A stretch of DNA of 64,000 bases from an uncultured Desulfobacterales bacterium (GTDB taxonomy: Bacteria > Desulfobacterota > DSM-4660 > Desulfatiglandales > HGW-15), in the NCBI GenBank assembly GCA_964443135.1, contig CAYUBQ010000003.1:62174-126173 (forward strand). The letters run 5' to 3'. A program made the translations under genes and the position numbers. Below, piece after piece: positions 1 through 9,979 of this stretch; position 1 is the first letter of the stretch, and every line of letters starts with the position of its first letter. The notes under the pieces are model-generated. The model did not search any database and was not told where the DNA came from. It was given only the letters and a program-made list of their open reading frames with translations.

Positions 1-101
1 ACGGCGATGATGGTGAGCGCAATCCCGATGGTGAGGTCGCTTGCGATGGTGCGTCTCTGGAGAAATCCGAAGGGTTTGCTTGTCCGGGTGAACTGGTCCA
101 T
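1..101 (-). CDS. 5' end of a membrane-associated protein (partial, runs off the left edge)
   Basis: A minus-strand ATG at 101 gives MDQFTRTSKPFGFLQRRTIASDLTIGIALTIIAV, which includes a hydrophobic stretch. It is truncated by the window edge, so it is absent from the track. Family unknown. Confidence 0.3.
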   Translation of the reverse strand, partial: MDQFTRTSKPFGFLQRRTIASDLTIGIALTIIA

Positions 102-164
102 GGCGTCATCCTTCGCGTCCACAAGGAAAGGCCGGTTCGATGAGCCCCCTCCCTTCCCGCACCT

Positions 165-917
165 TCACGGGACGTCGATACGGTGCTTTCTCCGGATCTC
201 CTCCAGCACGCCTTCCGAGGTCATGCCGGAAAGCGCCCGGTTGAAATCGGCCACCACGGCCCGGCAGCCCGGGACCCGTTTCGACACGCCCAGGTGGAGG
301 GGTTTCACCTGGAGGGGCGGTTGGAGGGGCTCGAGACGGCCCGCTCCCCCGGGAATCCGGTGTTCGAGGAGGTGCCTGGCCGTGTAGAGGTCGATGACCG
401 CGAGGTCGATGCGCCCCCTGAGAAGCTTTCGCAGGTTGCTCTCGTCGTTGTCCGTGGGTTCCTTGGTGAGGTAGTCCGCCCGATCGAAGGCGGGGGAGTT
501 CACGTAGCCCCGTACCACCCCGATCCGGTACCCCTCGAGATCCTGCAGGCGGGTGTAGTCGATCTCCGCCTCCACCCGCTTGTAAAAGACCAGGTAGCTC
601 CAGGCGAACGGATTCGAGAGGGCGAAGGTGCGGGCCCGCTCCGCAGAGTGGTAGGCGGGATACATGGCATCGGAGTCCCCCCGCGCGACCCTGCGAAGGA
701 CCCGCGCCCAGGGCATGAAGGTGATCTCCACGCGGTATCCCGCCCGTTCGAAGGCCCGGCGGACGATCTCGGAGGTGAAGCCGAGATTCGGGAGGTCCCT
801 TCCGACGTAAGGCGCCCAGTCGAGCGTGGCCAGGGACACCCGCTCCTCGGTCCGTCCCGGCGGGGCGGAGGAGAGGAGGGCCAGGAGGAGGACGGTCGTG
901 AAAAGGCGTCTGCGCAT
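165..917 (-). CDS. Periplasmic substrate-binding protein, family 3 (PBPb-like)
   Basis: Has the signal peptide MRRRLFTTVLLLALLSSAPP. Length and motif pattern (LDWAPY, GYRIGVVRGY) are typical of amino-acid-type SBPs. Confidence 0.75.
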   Translation of the reverse strand: MRRRLFTTVLLLALLSSAPPGRTEERVSLATLDWAPYVGRDLPNLGFTSEIVRRAFERAGYRVEITFMPWARVLRRVARGDSDAMYPAYHSAERARTFALSNPFAWSYLVFYKRVEAEIDYTRLQDLEGYRIGVVRGYVNSPAFDRADYLTKEPTDNDESNLRKLLRGRIDLAVIDLYTARHLLEHRIPGGAGRLEPLQPPLQVKPLHLGVSKRVPGCRAVVADFNRALSGMTSEGVLEEIRRKHRIDVP

Positions 918-950
918 GGGGGTCCCGGGGCGGAGCGGTTCGACTTCCAG

Positions 951-2210
951 CTACCGTTCGAGCTCTACCGCCCCTCCCGGACGGTCTTCCGGCAGAGGGG
1001 CGTGTCCCTCGATCCATCTCCGATGGCAGATCCGCACCCCTTCCTCGATCCGTTCGCGGGGGACCAGGAGGGAGATGCGGAAGGAGGTCGTGGTGACGCC
1101 GGCCAGGGGGATCCCGTTCCTGCGGAGGAGATCCAGGGTGGCGGTCAGGGCCAGGTTGTTTCGGTTCAGGCCCTCGCCGATGAGCGAGAGGGCGGCCAGC
1201 TCGTGGTCGAAGGCGATGCCGTCCCCGAACCGGCCGGCCAGCTCGGACTCCAGGTTCTCCCAACCGTAGACGTTCGCCGTGGAGACGACGAACCCGGCCC
1301 GGGAGCGACCGGCGTCCGCAGCGACGTGGGAGACGTTGACCTCCTTGATCTGCACCTGCCTCTCCTCCAGAAGGCGAACGGCCCGGTCGAAATGCTCCAG
1401 GGCGTCTGTTCCGAAAAACCGGACCCGGGTGATCCGCTCCTCGCTCACCACGGCCTGAACCCCCGTGATCGCCTCCGGAGGCATCAAGCGGACGACGGTT
1501 TCTCTCCCCGGCGCAAAGGAGGCGCGGGCGTAGACGGCGATCTGCTTCTCCTTGGCGAACTGTACCGCGTGGGCGTTGAGCACCTTGGCTCCGGCCGTGC
1601 TCATCTCCTGCATCACAGGGTAGCTCAGCTCCGGCAGGTGCCGGGCGTCGGCCACCATCGCGGGATCGGCCGAGTAGACGCCGTCCACGTCGGAGTAGAT
1701 CTCGCATCGATCCGCATCCAGGGCGGCCGCGAGGGCCACGGCGGTGGTGTCGGACCCGCCGCGGCCCAGGGTGGTGATGTCGCGTTTGTAGCTGACGCCC
1801 TGGAACCCGCCCACGATCACCACCTTTCCCGCCGCCATCTCGTCCTGCACCCGAAACGGGCGCACCTCGATCACCTGGGCGTCGTTGTGCCGGTCGTTGG
1901 TGATGATTCCGGCCTGGGACCCGGTCAGGGAGACCGCGTCCAGCCCCTTCTCCTGGAGGGCCATGCTCAGCAGGGCCATGGTGATCCGCTCCCCGGTGGA
2001 AAGCAGCATGTCCATCTCGCGGCGGGGAGGGGACGGTCCCAGCTCCCGGGCCATGCCCACCAGGCGGTCCGTGGTCTTGCCCATGGCCGAGACCACGACG
2101 GCCACGTCCGTCCCCTGCCGCTTCACCTCGGCGATCCGGTCGGCGATCCGCTTGAGCCGGTCCAGGTCCGCCACGCTGCTTCCGCCGTATTTCTGGACGA
2201 TACAGGTCAT
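951..2210 (-). CDS. lysC: Aspartate kinase
   Basis: The N-terminus [13 protein letters not shown] and the GKTTD motif are present, with ACT-like C-terminal repeats. 419 aa. Confidence 0.93.
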   Translation of the reverse strand: MTCIVQKYGGSSVADLDRLKRIADRIAEVKRQGTDVAVVVSAMGKTTDRLVGMARELGPSPPRREMDMLLSTGERITMALLSMALQEKGLDAVSLTGSQAGIITNDRHNDAQVIEVRPFRVQDEMAAGKVVIVGGFQGVSYKRDITTLGRGGSDTTAVALAAALDADRCEIYSDVDGVYSADPAMVADARHLPELSYPVMQEMSTAGAKVLNAHAVQFAKEKQIAVYARASFAPGRETVVRLMPPEAITGVQAVVSEERITRVRFFGTDALEHFDRAVRLLEERQVQIKEVNVSHVAADAGRSRAGFVVSTANVYGWENLESELAGRFGDGIAFDHELAALSLIGEGLNRNNLALTATLDLLRRNGIPLAGVTTTSFRISLLVPRERIEEGVRICHRRWIEGHAPLPEDRPGGAVELER

Positions 2211-2348
2211 GAGAAATCGCTCGAGTCAAGTGATGAAATCGTGGATTGCCATACAGGATAGGAGGATCGGGCGGACGTGTCAACGCCGGGGGCCGAACCC
2301 GGCCGGTCGAACGGTCCGGAAGACCCTGGGAAGAGCCCGGCACGCACT

Positions 2349-3596
2349 TTATCGGAGACGGAGGGTCTGCTCGCTGGGGGCGTCGAGGGCGAGCAGCAGC
2401 AGGACGTAGCGCTTGAGGTTCTTGATGATCAGGAACTCGTCCTTGACCCTCTGGTACCCGTTTTCGCCCAGCCTTTTCGCGGCGTCGGGCCGGTGGAGCA
2501 GGGAGCGGATCGCCAGGCCGGCCCCCTCCACCGAGTGGACCAGGAGCCCGGTGTGGCCGTCGATGATCTGGGCCGGAATGCCGCCCACGGCCCCGCCGAT
2601 CACGGGCCGCCTCTTCCAGAGCGCCTCCGAGACGGTGAGCGCGAATCCCTCCCGGAGCGACTTCTGGAGCACCACGTCCGACCCGCGCTGAAAGGCGTTG
2701 ATCTCCGTGGCCACGGACGGGCTGAACAGGAGGATGTGGATGTCCGGATCGTCGCCCGCCTCGGCCCGCACCTGCGCGACGATCTCCTCGGACTCGGGAT
2801 CGTCCGCAGCCTTGTCCCCCACGAGCAGCAGCCGGCAGTCCACGTACTTTCGGGCCATCTTGTAGGCCCGGATCACGCCGATGGGATCCTTCCAGGGGTC
2901 ATAGCGGGAGATCTGGGTGACCACCGGCTTGTCGCGGGGAACGCCGTACTTCGAAAACACCCCCTCCACGTAGTCGTCGTCCAGCGGCCGGTTCTTGTCG
3001 TCCAGGGGGTCGATGGCCGGAAAGAACCGGAACTGGGGAACGGCCAGCCGGGGGGAGAAGAGGGCGGAGGAGAAGATGGCCGCGTCGTAGCGCTCCACGT
3101 AGGGCCTGAGAAAGTCCCATACCTGGGGGTTGGGGTGGGACATGTCGATGTGGCACCGCCAGACCCAGCGGTTGGTCCTTTCCTCGTTCCAGGCGATCAG
3201 GGCTGCGGGCTGCGGGTCGTGGATCACGACGAGGTCCTGGTCGAACGTCATCCGGCTCGCGTTCGCCTCGTTGCATCCCAGGTAGGCCTGGAAGTCCTCG
3301 TCGGACAGTCGGAGCGGGTTCCCCTGGAGGGCGTTGTGAAACGACTTGGTCACCTCGAAGAACCGGTCGTTCCCCTCGATCACGTCCCACTCCACCGGAA
3401 TCCCCAGCTCGGTGAGAAGCGGCACCACGCGGTGGAGCATCTCGGCCACGCCACCGCCCACGGCGGTGGAGTTCACCATCTTGATGGAGCGCGTTCCCGC
3501 GTGGGCGGCCAGGATGGTCAGCTCCTCGATGATGTCCGGGCCCACGACGTCCACGTAGTCCGCGAGGGTGGGATTGTTCGTTCCGGTCTCCTGCAT
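2349..3596 (-). CDS. Family-4 glycosyltransferase, trehalose-synthase (TreT)-like
   Basis: The translation MQETGTNNPTLADYVDVVGPDIIEEL...VNSTAVGGGVAEML resembles TreT-type GT4 enzymes. The start was set at the ATG preceded by GGAG; the track ORF extends to 3782. Confidence 0.8.
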   Translation of the reverse strand: MQETGTNNPTLADYVDVVGPDIIEELTILAAHAGTRSIKMVNSTAVGGGVAEMLHRVVPLLTELGIPVEWDVIEGNDRFFEVTKSFHNALQGNPLRLSDEDFQAYLGCNEANASRMTFDQDLVVIHDPQPAALIAWNEERTNRWVWRCHIDMSHPNPQVWDFLRPYVERYDAAIFSSALFSPRLAVPQFRFFPAIDPLDDKNRPLDDDYVEGVFSKYGVPRDKPVVTQISRYDPWKDPIGVIRAYKMARKYVDCRLLLVGDKAADDPESEEIVAQVRAEAGDDPDIHILLFSPSVATEINAFQRGSDVVLQKSLREGFALTVSEALWKRRPVIGGAVGGIPAQIIDGHTGLLVHSVEGAGLAIRSLLHRPDAAKRLGENGYQRVKDEFLIIKNLKRYVLLLLALDAPSEQTLRLR

Positions 3597-3652
3597 GGGG
3601 TTTTCGCTCCGGGGCTCTCCATGGGCCCGGCCTCTCTTTCGAGACATCGCGC

Positions 3653-4297
3653 TCAGGCGGAGGCGTGCCCGTCGATCAGCTCCAAAATGCGCGACCTGAG
3701 TCCCTCGATGGTGTACACGTTGAGGTCGATTCTCCGGATCCGGTCCGCGAGGTCGGGCATGCGGAGACCTTCCTCGATCCACCTGGAGAAGTCATTGTCC
3801 TCCAGCTTCTGGAGCCGGGATTCGATGAAGTGCAGGTAGAGGGAGTAGATACTGATCTGCTCGATGTTTTCGCGAAACGAAGCGAGGCTGTAGGCGAACT
3901 TGTCCGTGAGATAGACGACGCGGGTGATGTCGTACAGGTAGAACGGGTCCTCCGCTGTTTTCTCGAACGCCGAAGGCCTCTCCGAGCGGTGGATCTCGAT
4001 GATCTCGATCAGTCGGGATCGCAAATCCTCCGTGGTGCTGTACTCGGAGAAGTCCACGGCCATGAGCTTCTCGGCGAGCGCCTTTTCGTTCAGGCTCGTG
4101 GCCGCCCAGATGGCGAAGTCGCTGTTGTAGGGCACCTCGGCTTCCTTCAGCTTCAGGAAAGCGGAAAAGGTGTGGTAGAAGACGGACGAAGACCGGCAGG
4201 TTCTCAGGAGGTGGAGAAGCTCCTCCAGGTTGTACGCCTTCCGCCCGGTCAGCATCTCCAGGGATGCGCTCGAAGAGAACTGAAATACGTCGGCCAT
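3653..4297 (-). CDS. Conserved hypothetical protein co-oriented with the glycosyltransferase (recalls DUF5752-type partners, unverified)
   Basis: 214-aa ORF with a balanced, non-GC-skewed composition (MADVFQFSSSASLEMLTGRKAYNLEELLHLL...). It ends about 56 nt before the GT start. Confidence 0.65.
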   Translation of the reverse strand: MADVFQFSSSASLEMLTGRKAYNLEELLHLLRTCRSSSVFYHTFSAFLKLKEAEVPYNSDFAIWAATSLNEKALAEKLMAVDFSEYSTTEDLRSRLIEIIEIHRSERPSAFEKTAEDPFYLYDITRVVYLTDKFAYSLASFRENIEQISIYSLYLHFIESRLQKLEDNDFSRWIEEGLRMPDLADRIRRIDLNVYTIEGLRSRILELIDGHASA

Positions 4298-4358
4298 GCT
4301 GCGCCTCGCTTGGGTACCCGCCTCCGGGTTTTCGGAACCGGTCTCGTACGGTCGATCC

Positions 4359-4733
4359 TCAGGGCGACGGGGTCCCGGGTCCCTCGACCGGCGGTCGGGA
4401 AAGGAGGACGATGCCCACGAGGGCGAGGAGGAGGAGCGCCAGGATGGACAGGACGTTCCCCTGAAACACCGAGGGCACCATGAGCGCCCCGAAGACCAGG
4501 GATGCGATCCCGAGGATCTTCCGGCCGATGACCTTGATGACCGCGCCCGTGAGCAGCGCCCCGACGGCCCCGATCAACGTCAGGACCATGATCAGGTTCC
4601 GGGTGCCTGAGGAGAGACCGCCTTCGCCCATTCGGATGGGGCCCGGCCCCGCGCCGGAGCCGCTCCACAGGGCCGCCACGATCCCCAGAACACCTGCAAT
4701 GACCAGAAGTACGACCATGTTCCGTATCCTCAT
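4359..4733 (-). CDS. Small integral membrane protein
   Basis: MRIRNMVVLLVIAGVLGIVAAL... contains 3-4 hydrophobic helices. A GGGAGG RBS lies 8 nt upstream of ATG 4733. Confidence 0.55.
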   Translation of the reverse strand: MRIRNMVVLLVIAGVLGIVAALWSGSGAGPGPIRMGEGGLSSGTRNLIMVLTLIGAVGALLTGAVIKVIGRKILGIASLVFGALMVPSVFQGNVLSILALLLLALVGIVLLSRPPVEGPGTPSP

Positions 4734-4870
4734 TTCATAACCTCCCAGTGCGTGATGGGTCAACGATTTCTCGTGCAGGCTACCTCCCCCGGCGTCTCGG
4801 GGGAATGGGGTCGGGACCCGACTTTCCCCGATTCGGGAGGGGTGGCTCTAGGGGGGGCGGTCGAAACTTG

Positions 4871-5236
4871 CTACAAGGTCTTCAGGTGATCGACGATGAG
4901 GTGCATCTCATCGTGATCGAGCTCGTCCGCAAAGGAAGGCATGTTCTCGTAGGGGTCCTCGAGCTGCCGGCGGACGTTCCCCCCGGTCACGGGCCTTCCG
5001 CTCACCGGGAGGCTCTCCCGTCCGAAGAGACCCTCGAGACCGGGTCCGATCTTGGCTTCCCGGCTCTCCGTGTAGTGGCACTGGGTGCAGCCCGCCTCCT
5101 GGAAGAGGGCGGCCCCCTCCCCGTCCGGCCCGTTCGGCGCGCGGACCAGGGCGCGAAATGCGCCGAGCAGGATCACGATGCAGGCGACCGCGACGACGAC
5201 CCCGGTGGTGGTGCGTTTCAGGTCTGTTTTTCGCAT
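4871..5236 (-). CDS. Monohaem c-type cytochrome, membrane-anchored
   Basis: Has an N-terminal TM helix and a single CTQCH haem-binding motif. It starts 10 nt after the stop of the upstream flavocytochrome gene. Confidence 0.8.
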   Translation of the reverse strand: MRKTDLKRTTTGVVVAVACIVILLGAFRALVRAPNGPDGEGAALFQEAGCTQCHYTESREAKIGPGLEGLFGRESLPVSGRPVTGGNVRRQLEDPYENMPSFADELDHDEMHLIVDHLKTL

Positions 5237-5246
5237 GGCTTACCCG

Positions 5247-6563
5247 TCAGTCCAGGAATGAGAAGATTTCGAGACGAACGGCCCGATCGGGCACGCCCAG
5301 GTCCAGGAGGCCCGTGACCGCACTCTCGCGCATGGCCGGCGGTCCGCAGACGTAGAACACCTTGCCCTCCAGCTCCCCGCAGTGATCGACGATCCTGTCC
5401 CGATCGATGTGGCCGGTCTCCCCCTGCCACGCCTCGGCGGGCCGGCTCAGCACGTGCACCACCTTCAGGTCGGGTCGGCCCCCCGCCTCGATCTCGGAGA
5501 GCTCCTTCTGAAAGACGATCCGGTCCTCGGTGCGGTTGCCGTAAAGAAGGAGCACCGAGCGCGTGTCCCCCGTGTCCCGCATGTGTCGGAGCATGCTCAT
5601 GAGCGGGGTGATCCCGATGCCGCCGGCCAGGAAGACCAGGTCTCTCTCCTCCGGGTGGAGGAGATAGGAGAACCGGCCGAAGGGGCCATGCACCGCCGCG
5701 CGGTCCCCGACCTTGGTCATCCAGATGGTGGAGGTGAAGTCCCCCAGGTTCTTGATGGTGGAGCTGACGAACCCCTTTTCCGTGGGAGAGGAGGAGATGG
5801 TCCAGTGGTGCTCCTCCACGGGGAGCCCCCGGCCCCGGTAAAAGGTCACGAAGTGAAACTGTCCCGGAAGGTAGTCCGGAACCTCCTCCCCCTCGGGAGG
5901 GGCCATCTTCACGGTGTGGACGTCCTCGGCTTCGGGTCGCACCTCCACCACGCGATAGGCCCTCTCCTCGAGGCGGAGCGGCCGGAAGACGCGGTGGTAC
6001 GCGAACACCGGGACCGCCACGCAGAGCAGGAGCACCCAGATGGTTTTCAGGGAGGCGGTTTCCAGGTCGTCCCCCGCCGTCCAGCTGTGGGCGAAGCCCA
6101 GGACGATGAGCAGGGGGCCGGTGACCGCGTGTACGGAGCGCCACTGCTCGAACCGGAGCCTCAGCCGCCCCTGGTAGAGGCTCGCGAGCACGTTCAGCGC
6201 CAGCAGGACCAGGGCCGCCTTGCCCGCGTAAATGTACCAGGGCAGGTCCAGCCCGATGAGCAGATGCCAGCTCCCTCCGCTCCATGCCAGAAGCAGGGGG
6301 TGGGCGAGGAGCAGGAGAACGGCGAAGACCGCCATCTGCTTGTGGAAGCGGATGAGGATGTCGAAGCCGAACGCTCGTTCGATCCACTTGATCCTGGCCG
6401 CCAGGAGGACCTGGAGGACCAGGATCGTGAAGCCGGCGAGGGCCATGTTCTTGGCCGCCTCGTGGACGACGCTGCTGGTACTCTCCCCCAGGAAGGAGGC
6501 GACCGCAACCGGCAGGACGACCACGGCGGTGTACAGGATGATGCGCAGCAGGGCTCCACCCAT
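5247..6563 (-). CDS. Ferric-reductase/NOX-like transmembrane flavocytochrome (FRD domain plus FAD/NAD(P)-binding domain)
   Basis: The N-terminal multi-TM region has spaced His residues (HKQMAVF..LLLAHP, VHAVTG..GFAHSW). The C-terminus is FNR-like (GQFHFVTF, GGIGITP). Start chosen at MGGALLRIIL. Confidence 0.8.
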   Translation of the reverse strand: MGGALLRIILYTAVVVLPVAVASFLGESTSSVVHEAAKNMALAGFTILVLQVLLAARIKWIERAFGFDILIRFHKQMAVFAVLLLLAHPLLLAWSGGSWHLLIGLDLPWYIYAGKAALVLLALNVLASLYQGRLRLRFEQWRSVHAVTGPLLIVLGFAHSWTAGDDLETASLKTIWVLLLCVAVPVFAYHRVFRPLRLEERAYRVVEVRPEAEDVHTVKMAPPEGEEVPDYLPGQFHFVTFYRGRGLPVEEHHWTISSSPTEKGFVSSTIKNLGDFTSTIWMTKVGDRAAVHGPFGRFSYLLHPEERDLVFLAGGIGITPLMSMLRHMRDTGDTRSVLLLYGNRTEDRIVFQKELSEIEAGGRPDLKVVHVLSRPAEAWQGETGHIDRDRIVDHCGELEGKVFYVCGPPAMRESAVTGLLDLGVPDRAVRLEIFSFLD

Positions 6564-6612
6564 ACCAACATCCTTTCTTGGTCGAATCGTTGCTCGGGCC
6601 GGGTCCGGGTTC

Positions 6613-7209
6613 CTATCCCCCGGACGCGGGCTTTTCACCGGATCCCGGGCCTCGCTCGAGAGAGGAGACGAGGTCGTCCCACTCCCGGTGAAGGAGGTCG
6701 CTGTCGAAGGCATGGCCTTCCTTCAGCATCCGGTCCTTCTCCTCGTCCGAGAAATACTTCATCACCGGGAGAAAGAAGCCCTTGTCCTCCTTTTCGATGT
6801 GCCTGGGATAGAAGTCCACCAGGCGCTCGACGGCATCGACGATCTCGGAGAGGGCATTCCGGTCGCCCCGGTCGTATCGCTCGTTGGCGGACACCAGCGC
6901 GCGGGTGGTCTCCCGGCCCCACCGGTGCTCCTCCACGAGCTCCTCCATGATTCTCCGGTGCTCTTCGGTCAAGGGCTTCTCCTCGAGATCCCGGAACAGG
7001 ATATCCTCCTCCTTGCCGTGGTGGCACCGGTCGGCGTATTCCCGAATGAAGCGGGTCGCACGCTCGATGAACCGCGGGTCCACCCTCTGCTCCTTTGCGG
7101 CCTCACGGAGGGCCTGCTTCAGCAGGGCGATCATACGTTCGATCAGCCTGTGCTCGATCATCAGCGGTCCGATGGGCATCATGTGGGCGGCTCCTGTCGA
7201 GTTGGCCAT
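6613..7209 (-). CDS. Hemerythrin-like (HHE cation-binding) domain protein
   Basis: Shows a repeated H/E motif pattern (MIEHRLIERM, CHHGKEEDILF, EEHRWGRE, YPRHIEKEDK). An alternative start at 7182 has a better AGGAG RBS. Confidence 0.8.
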   Translation of the reverse strand: MANSTGAAHMMPIGPLMIEHRLIERMIALLKQALREAAKEQRVDPRFIERATRFIREYADRCHHGKEEDILFRDLEEKPLTEEHRRIMEELVEEHRWGRETTRALVSANERYDRGDRNALSEIVDAVERLVDFYPRHIEKEDKGFFLPVMKYFSDEEKDRMLKEGHAFDSDLLHREWDDLVSSLERGPGSGEKPASGG

Positions 7210-7293
7210 GTCCCCAGCGTGCTCCGGTTCGTGCGGAATGGGAATACGCGCAATCCTGTATTTTCTTTAAACGTCCCCCTTCCTGCGGCCGCG

Positions 7294-8638
7294 TCAGAGA
7301 AGGACGTGCCTGATCGCATCGTAGACGAACGAGGGGTAGGCCCACACCACGTCGCTCAGGTCGCGACGGGGGATGCGCTTCCGGATCGCCAGCGCGAAGA
7401 CGTTGACGACCTCCTCGGCATGGGGTCCCAGCACGTGGGCGCCGAGGATGCGCCCGTCGTCGGGCTGGACGAGGATCTTGGCCGCCGCCGTCTCCTCGCC
7501 GAGGCGTTTCACGGAGGCCCACCCGGAAGCGTCCACGAACCGCTTTTCGTACGGGATGCCCAGCTCCTCGCACTCGGCTTCGAGCAGTCCCGTCCGGGCC
7601 AGGACGGGATGGGTGAACAGCACGCTCGGGATCCCGGAGTAGTCGGGCGGTTCCGCGTTTTCCTCCAGGATGTTCCGGGCGACCGTCTCGGCCTCCATCA
7701 GGGCGACGGGCGTGAGCTGGGGGCCGATGGCGTTGACGTCGCCCGCCGCGTACACCCGGGGGTTGGAGACGCTCTGCAGGGATTCGTCGAGGGAGATGCC
7801 GGTGTCCCCGGTCTCCACGTTCCCCGCATCCAGGCCGAGGCCTTCGAGGGCCGGGACGCGGCCCGCGCCGTGCAGCACCAGGTCCGTTTCCACATCCGCC
7901 GAGCCGTTTCCGGCCCGGACCCGGAACGAGGAACCCTCCTGCTCGATCCGATCCATGGGGACGTGGAGGTGGACCCGGATGCCCAGCCCGCCGCTCCTGT
8001 CGACGAGCAGGTCCACCAGCTCCGGGTCGAAATGCTTGAGGCAGCGCCCGCTTCGGACCAGGAGGTCCACGCGCGACCCTGCCCGGGCGGCCAGGTGGGC
8101 GAACTCGAAGGCGATGTATCCCCCCCCGACGACGGCCATGCGCTCCGGAAGCGCATCGAGGTCGAAGAAGGCCTCGCTCCCGGTGACGTGCTCGGCCCCG
8201 GGAAAGGCCAAGGGTCTCGGAACGGCGCCCGTGGCGATGACGAACCGCTCGGCTCCGAGCCGCTCACCGTCCGCCTCCACGGTCTCCGGGTCGATGAATC
8301 GCCCGGGGGCCTGGAACCAGTCGATGCCGCGCTCCACCAGATCCTCACGGACCTGTTCGGGAACGGGATCGGTGAACCGGTTCTTGAACCGCACCAGCTC
8401 GCTCCAGTTCAGGTCCGGGGCGCCGGAGAGCCCCCGGCCCTGGTGTCTGCGGCAGCGCTCCATGGACTCGACCACGTCGAACAGGGTCTTCTTGGGCTCG
8501 CACCCCCGCAGGGGACAGGTCCCCCCCAGGGGACCGGGCTCCAGGAGCGCCACGTCCAGGCCGGCCTCCCTCAGCCGCCTGGCGGCCACGCCGCCGGCTA
8601 CGCCGCTTCCGAACACGATCGCGTCATGGGTCTTCAAC
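7294..8638 (-). CDS. FAD-dependent pyridine nucleotide-disulfide oxidoreductase (glutathione-reductase-like)
   Basis: Contains the GSGVAGG dinucleotide motif, the redox-active GGTCPLRGCEPKK motif, a second GGGYIAFE motif and a dimerisation domain. Start is TTG 8638 after GGAGG; the track ORF runs on to 9177 through the next gene. Confidence 0.85.
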
Positions 8639-8666
8639 GCAGTCCTCCGTTTCGAGCGCCGCCCTC

Positions 8667-9203
8667 TCAGGTGGCGCTCAGCTTTTTCACCTTGACGCCC
8701 AGGTAGATCATGAGCGCACCGAACAGGATCGCGTAGAGGCCGATCGCCCAGACCACGGCCAGTGCGCCGGCCTCCGGGTTGATCAGGATGAACAGCCCGA
8801 TCAGCACGGAGAGGGCGCCGATCAGCGCCAGGACCCACTCGCCCTCGATCTCCCTCCGAAGCCGGAGGGCGGCGGCGATCTCGAGGATGCCCGTGACCAG
8901 GGCCCAGAGGGCGATCAGCACCAGCAGGACCTGGGCGGTGATGAGCGGCCACGCGAAGGTGCAGGCCGCCACGATCACCCCGGCGAGTCCCTCCAGGAGG
9001 AGGATCCACCACCCCGGCTCCTCCCGGTTTCGGAACCCCGAGACCAGGGCGAGGGCGCCCTCCACCAGGACCCAGGCCCCGAAGAGGAGGACCAGCACCC
9101 CCAGGGTGATCCCGGGCCAGAGCAGTGCGGCCGTCCCGAAGAGGACCGCCAGGACGCCCCGAACCAGATGGATCCACCAGTGTCTTGCGATCAGCCGAAT
9201 CAA
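8667..9203 (-). CDS. hdeD: HdeD-family (DUF308) membrane protein
   Basis: Six hydrophobic helices with the repeated WxxxxGIL/LLFG pattern characteristic of HdeD. Confidence 0.8.
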   Translation of the reverse strand: MIRLIARHWWIHLVRGVLAVLFGTAALLWPGITLGVLVLLFGAWVLVEGALALVSGFRNREEPGWWILLLEGLAGVIVAACTFAWPLITAQVLLVLIALWALVTGILEIAAALRLRREIEGEWVLALIGALSVLIGLFILINPEAGALAVVWAIGLYAILFGALMIYLGVKVKKLSAT

Positions 9204-9484
9204 CTCGACCCTCCTTTCCCCCGGACGGGTATCATGGTTTCGATCATCCTAAGCGATCCGGGCAACCCCCGGAATCGGGCCCTTCATGTATTCGCGGCAA
9301 CAGCGGCCTGTAGGCTCCACGGCCGACCTTTCCACGAATACAGGTTCCGCCCCATTGACCGGTCCCCGTGCATTGGCTAGGCTTTACAGGATACCGGGGG
9401 ATCCGAGGTCTCCGGTCCCTGGACCCGAGAACGCTCTGCGACGAGCGGGGCGCAAGCCAACCACAAAGCGAAAGGAGTGGAACC

Positions 9485-9697
9485 ATGGCAGGAAGCACTT
9501 ACAAGATCATCGAGCTGGTGGGAACGAACGACAGTTCTTGGGAGGAGGCCGCGAAAACGGCCATCGAGACGGCGACGGGGAGCCTCAAGGACCTCCGGGT
9601 CGCCGAGGTGACCCGGCTGGACGTCACCTTGACCGAGGGCAAGATCACCTCTTTTCGCACGCGCCTGAATGTCTCTTTCAAGTACCAGGCGTCCTGA
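9485..9697 (+). CDS. Dodecin-family flavin-binding protein
   Basis: MAGSTYKIIELVGTNDSSWEEAAKTAIETATGSLKDLRVAEV... is 70 aa and fits the dodecin pattern. An AAAGGAG RBS is present. Confidence 0.8.
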   Translation: MAGSTYKIIELVGTNDSSWEEAAKTAIETATGSLKDLRVAEVTRLDVTLTEGKITSFRTRLNVSFKYQAS

Positions 9698-9725
9698 TCC
9701 CGCGGGACGATCCGGCAAGTCCAAA

Positions 9726-9760
9726 GACGCCCCGCTGCGGGTGACCGGAGCGGGGCGTCT
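9726..9760. terminator. Hairpin between convergent genes (possible bidirectional terminator)
   Basis: GACGCCCCGCT-loop-AGCGGGGCGTC forms an 11-12 bp GC-rich stem. There is no clear U-tract. Confidence 0.45.
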
Positions 9761-9845
9761 ACCTCTCTTCAGGACCGCAGGGGGCGTTCCGGTGCCCCCC
9801 GCCAGGCGGTCGATTCACGGCCGGGGCATGGTCCCCGGCCCCCGT

Positions 9846-9956
9846 TCACAGGATCAGCATGAGAATCACGGCCACGACCAGGAGGATCAGGCCGAACACC
9901 AGGAACTTGCCGAATATCCTGCTTTCCTTGTCGGGGGGTGGAACCTTCTCTGCCAT
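9846..9956 (-). CDS. Unannotated 36-aa single-pass membrane peptide downstream of the octahaem cytochrome
   Basis: Manual translation gives MAEKVPPPDKESRIFGKFLVFGLILLVVAVILMLIL. A GGAAAGGAG RBS lies upstream, and the gene starts 23 nt after the upstream stop. It is below the track length cutoff. Confidence 0.4.
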   Translation of the reverse strand: MAEKVPPPDKESRIFGKFLVFGLILLVVAVILMLIL

Positions 9957-9979
9957 GGGAATCTCCTTTCCCGGTCAGC

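Noticed and set aside
106-2343. 745-aa ORF (and the 692-aa ORF 183..2261 on the other strand) spanning the SBP and lysC genes
   Set aside because: The translation is Arg/Gly/Pro-rich with no motifs. It lies antisense or out of frame to clearly recognisable genes. This is typical of stop-codon-poor frames in high-GC DNA.
6232-8706. 824-aa plus-strand ORF
   Set aside because: It is antisense to the hemerythrin-like and GR-like genes, which have unambiguous motifs. Its composition is artefactual.
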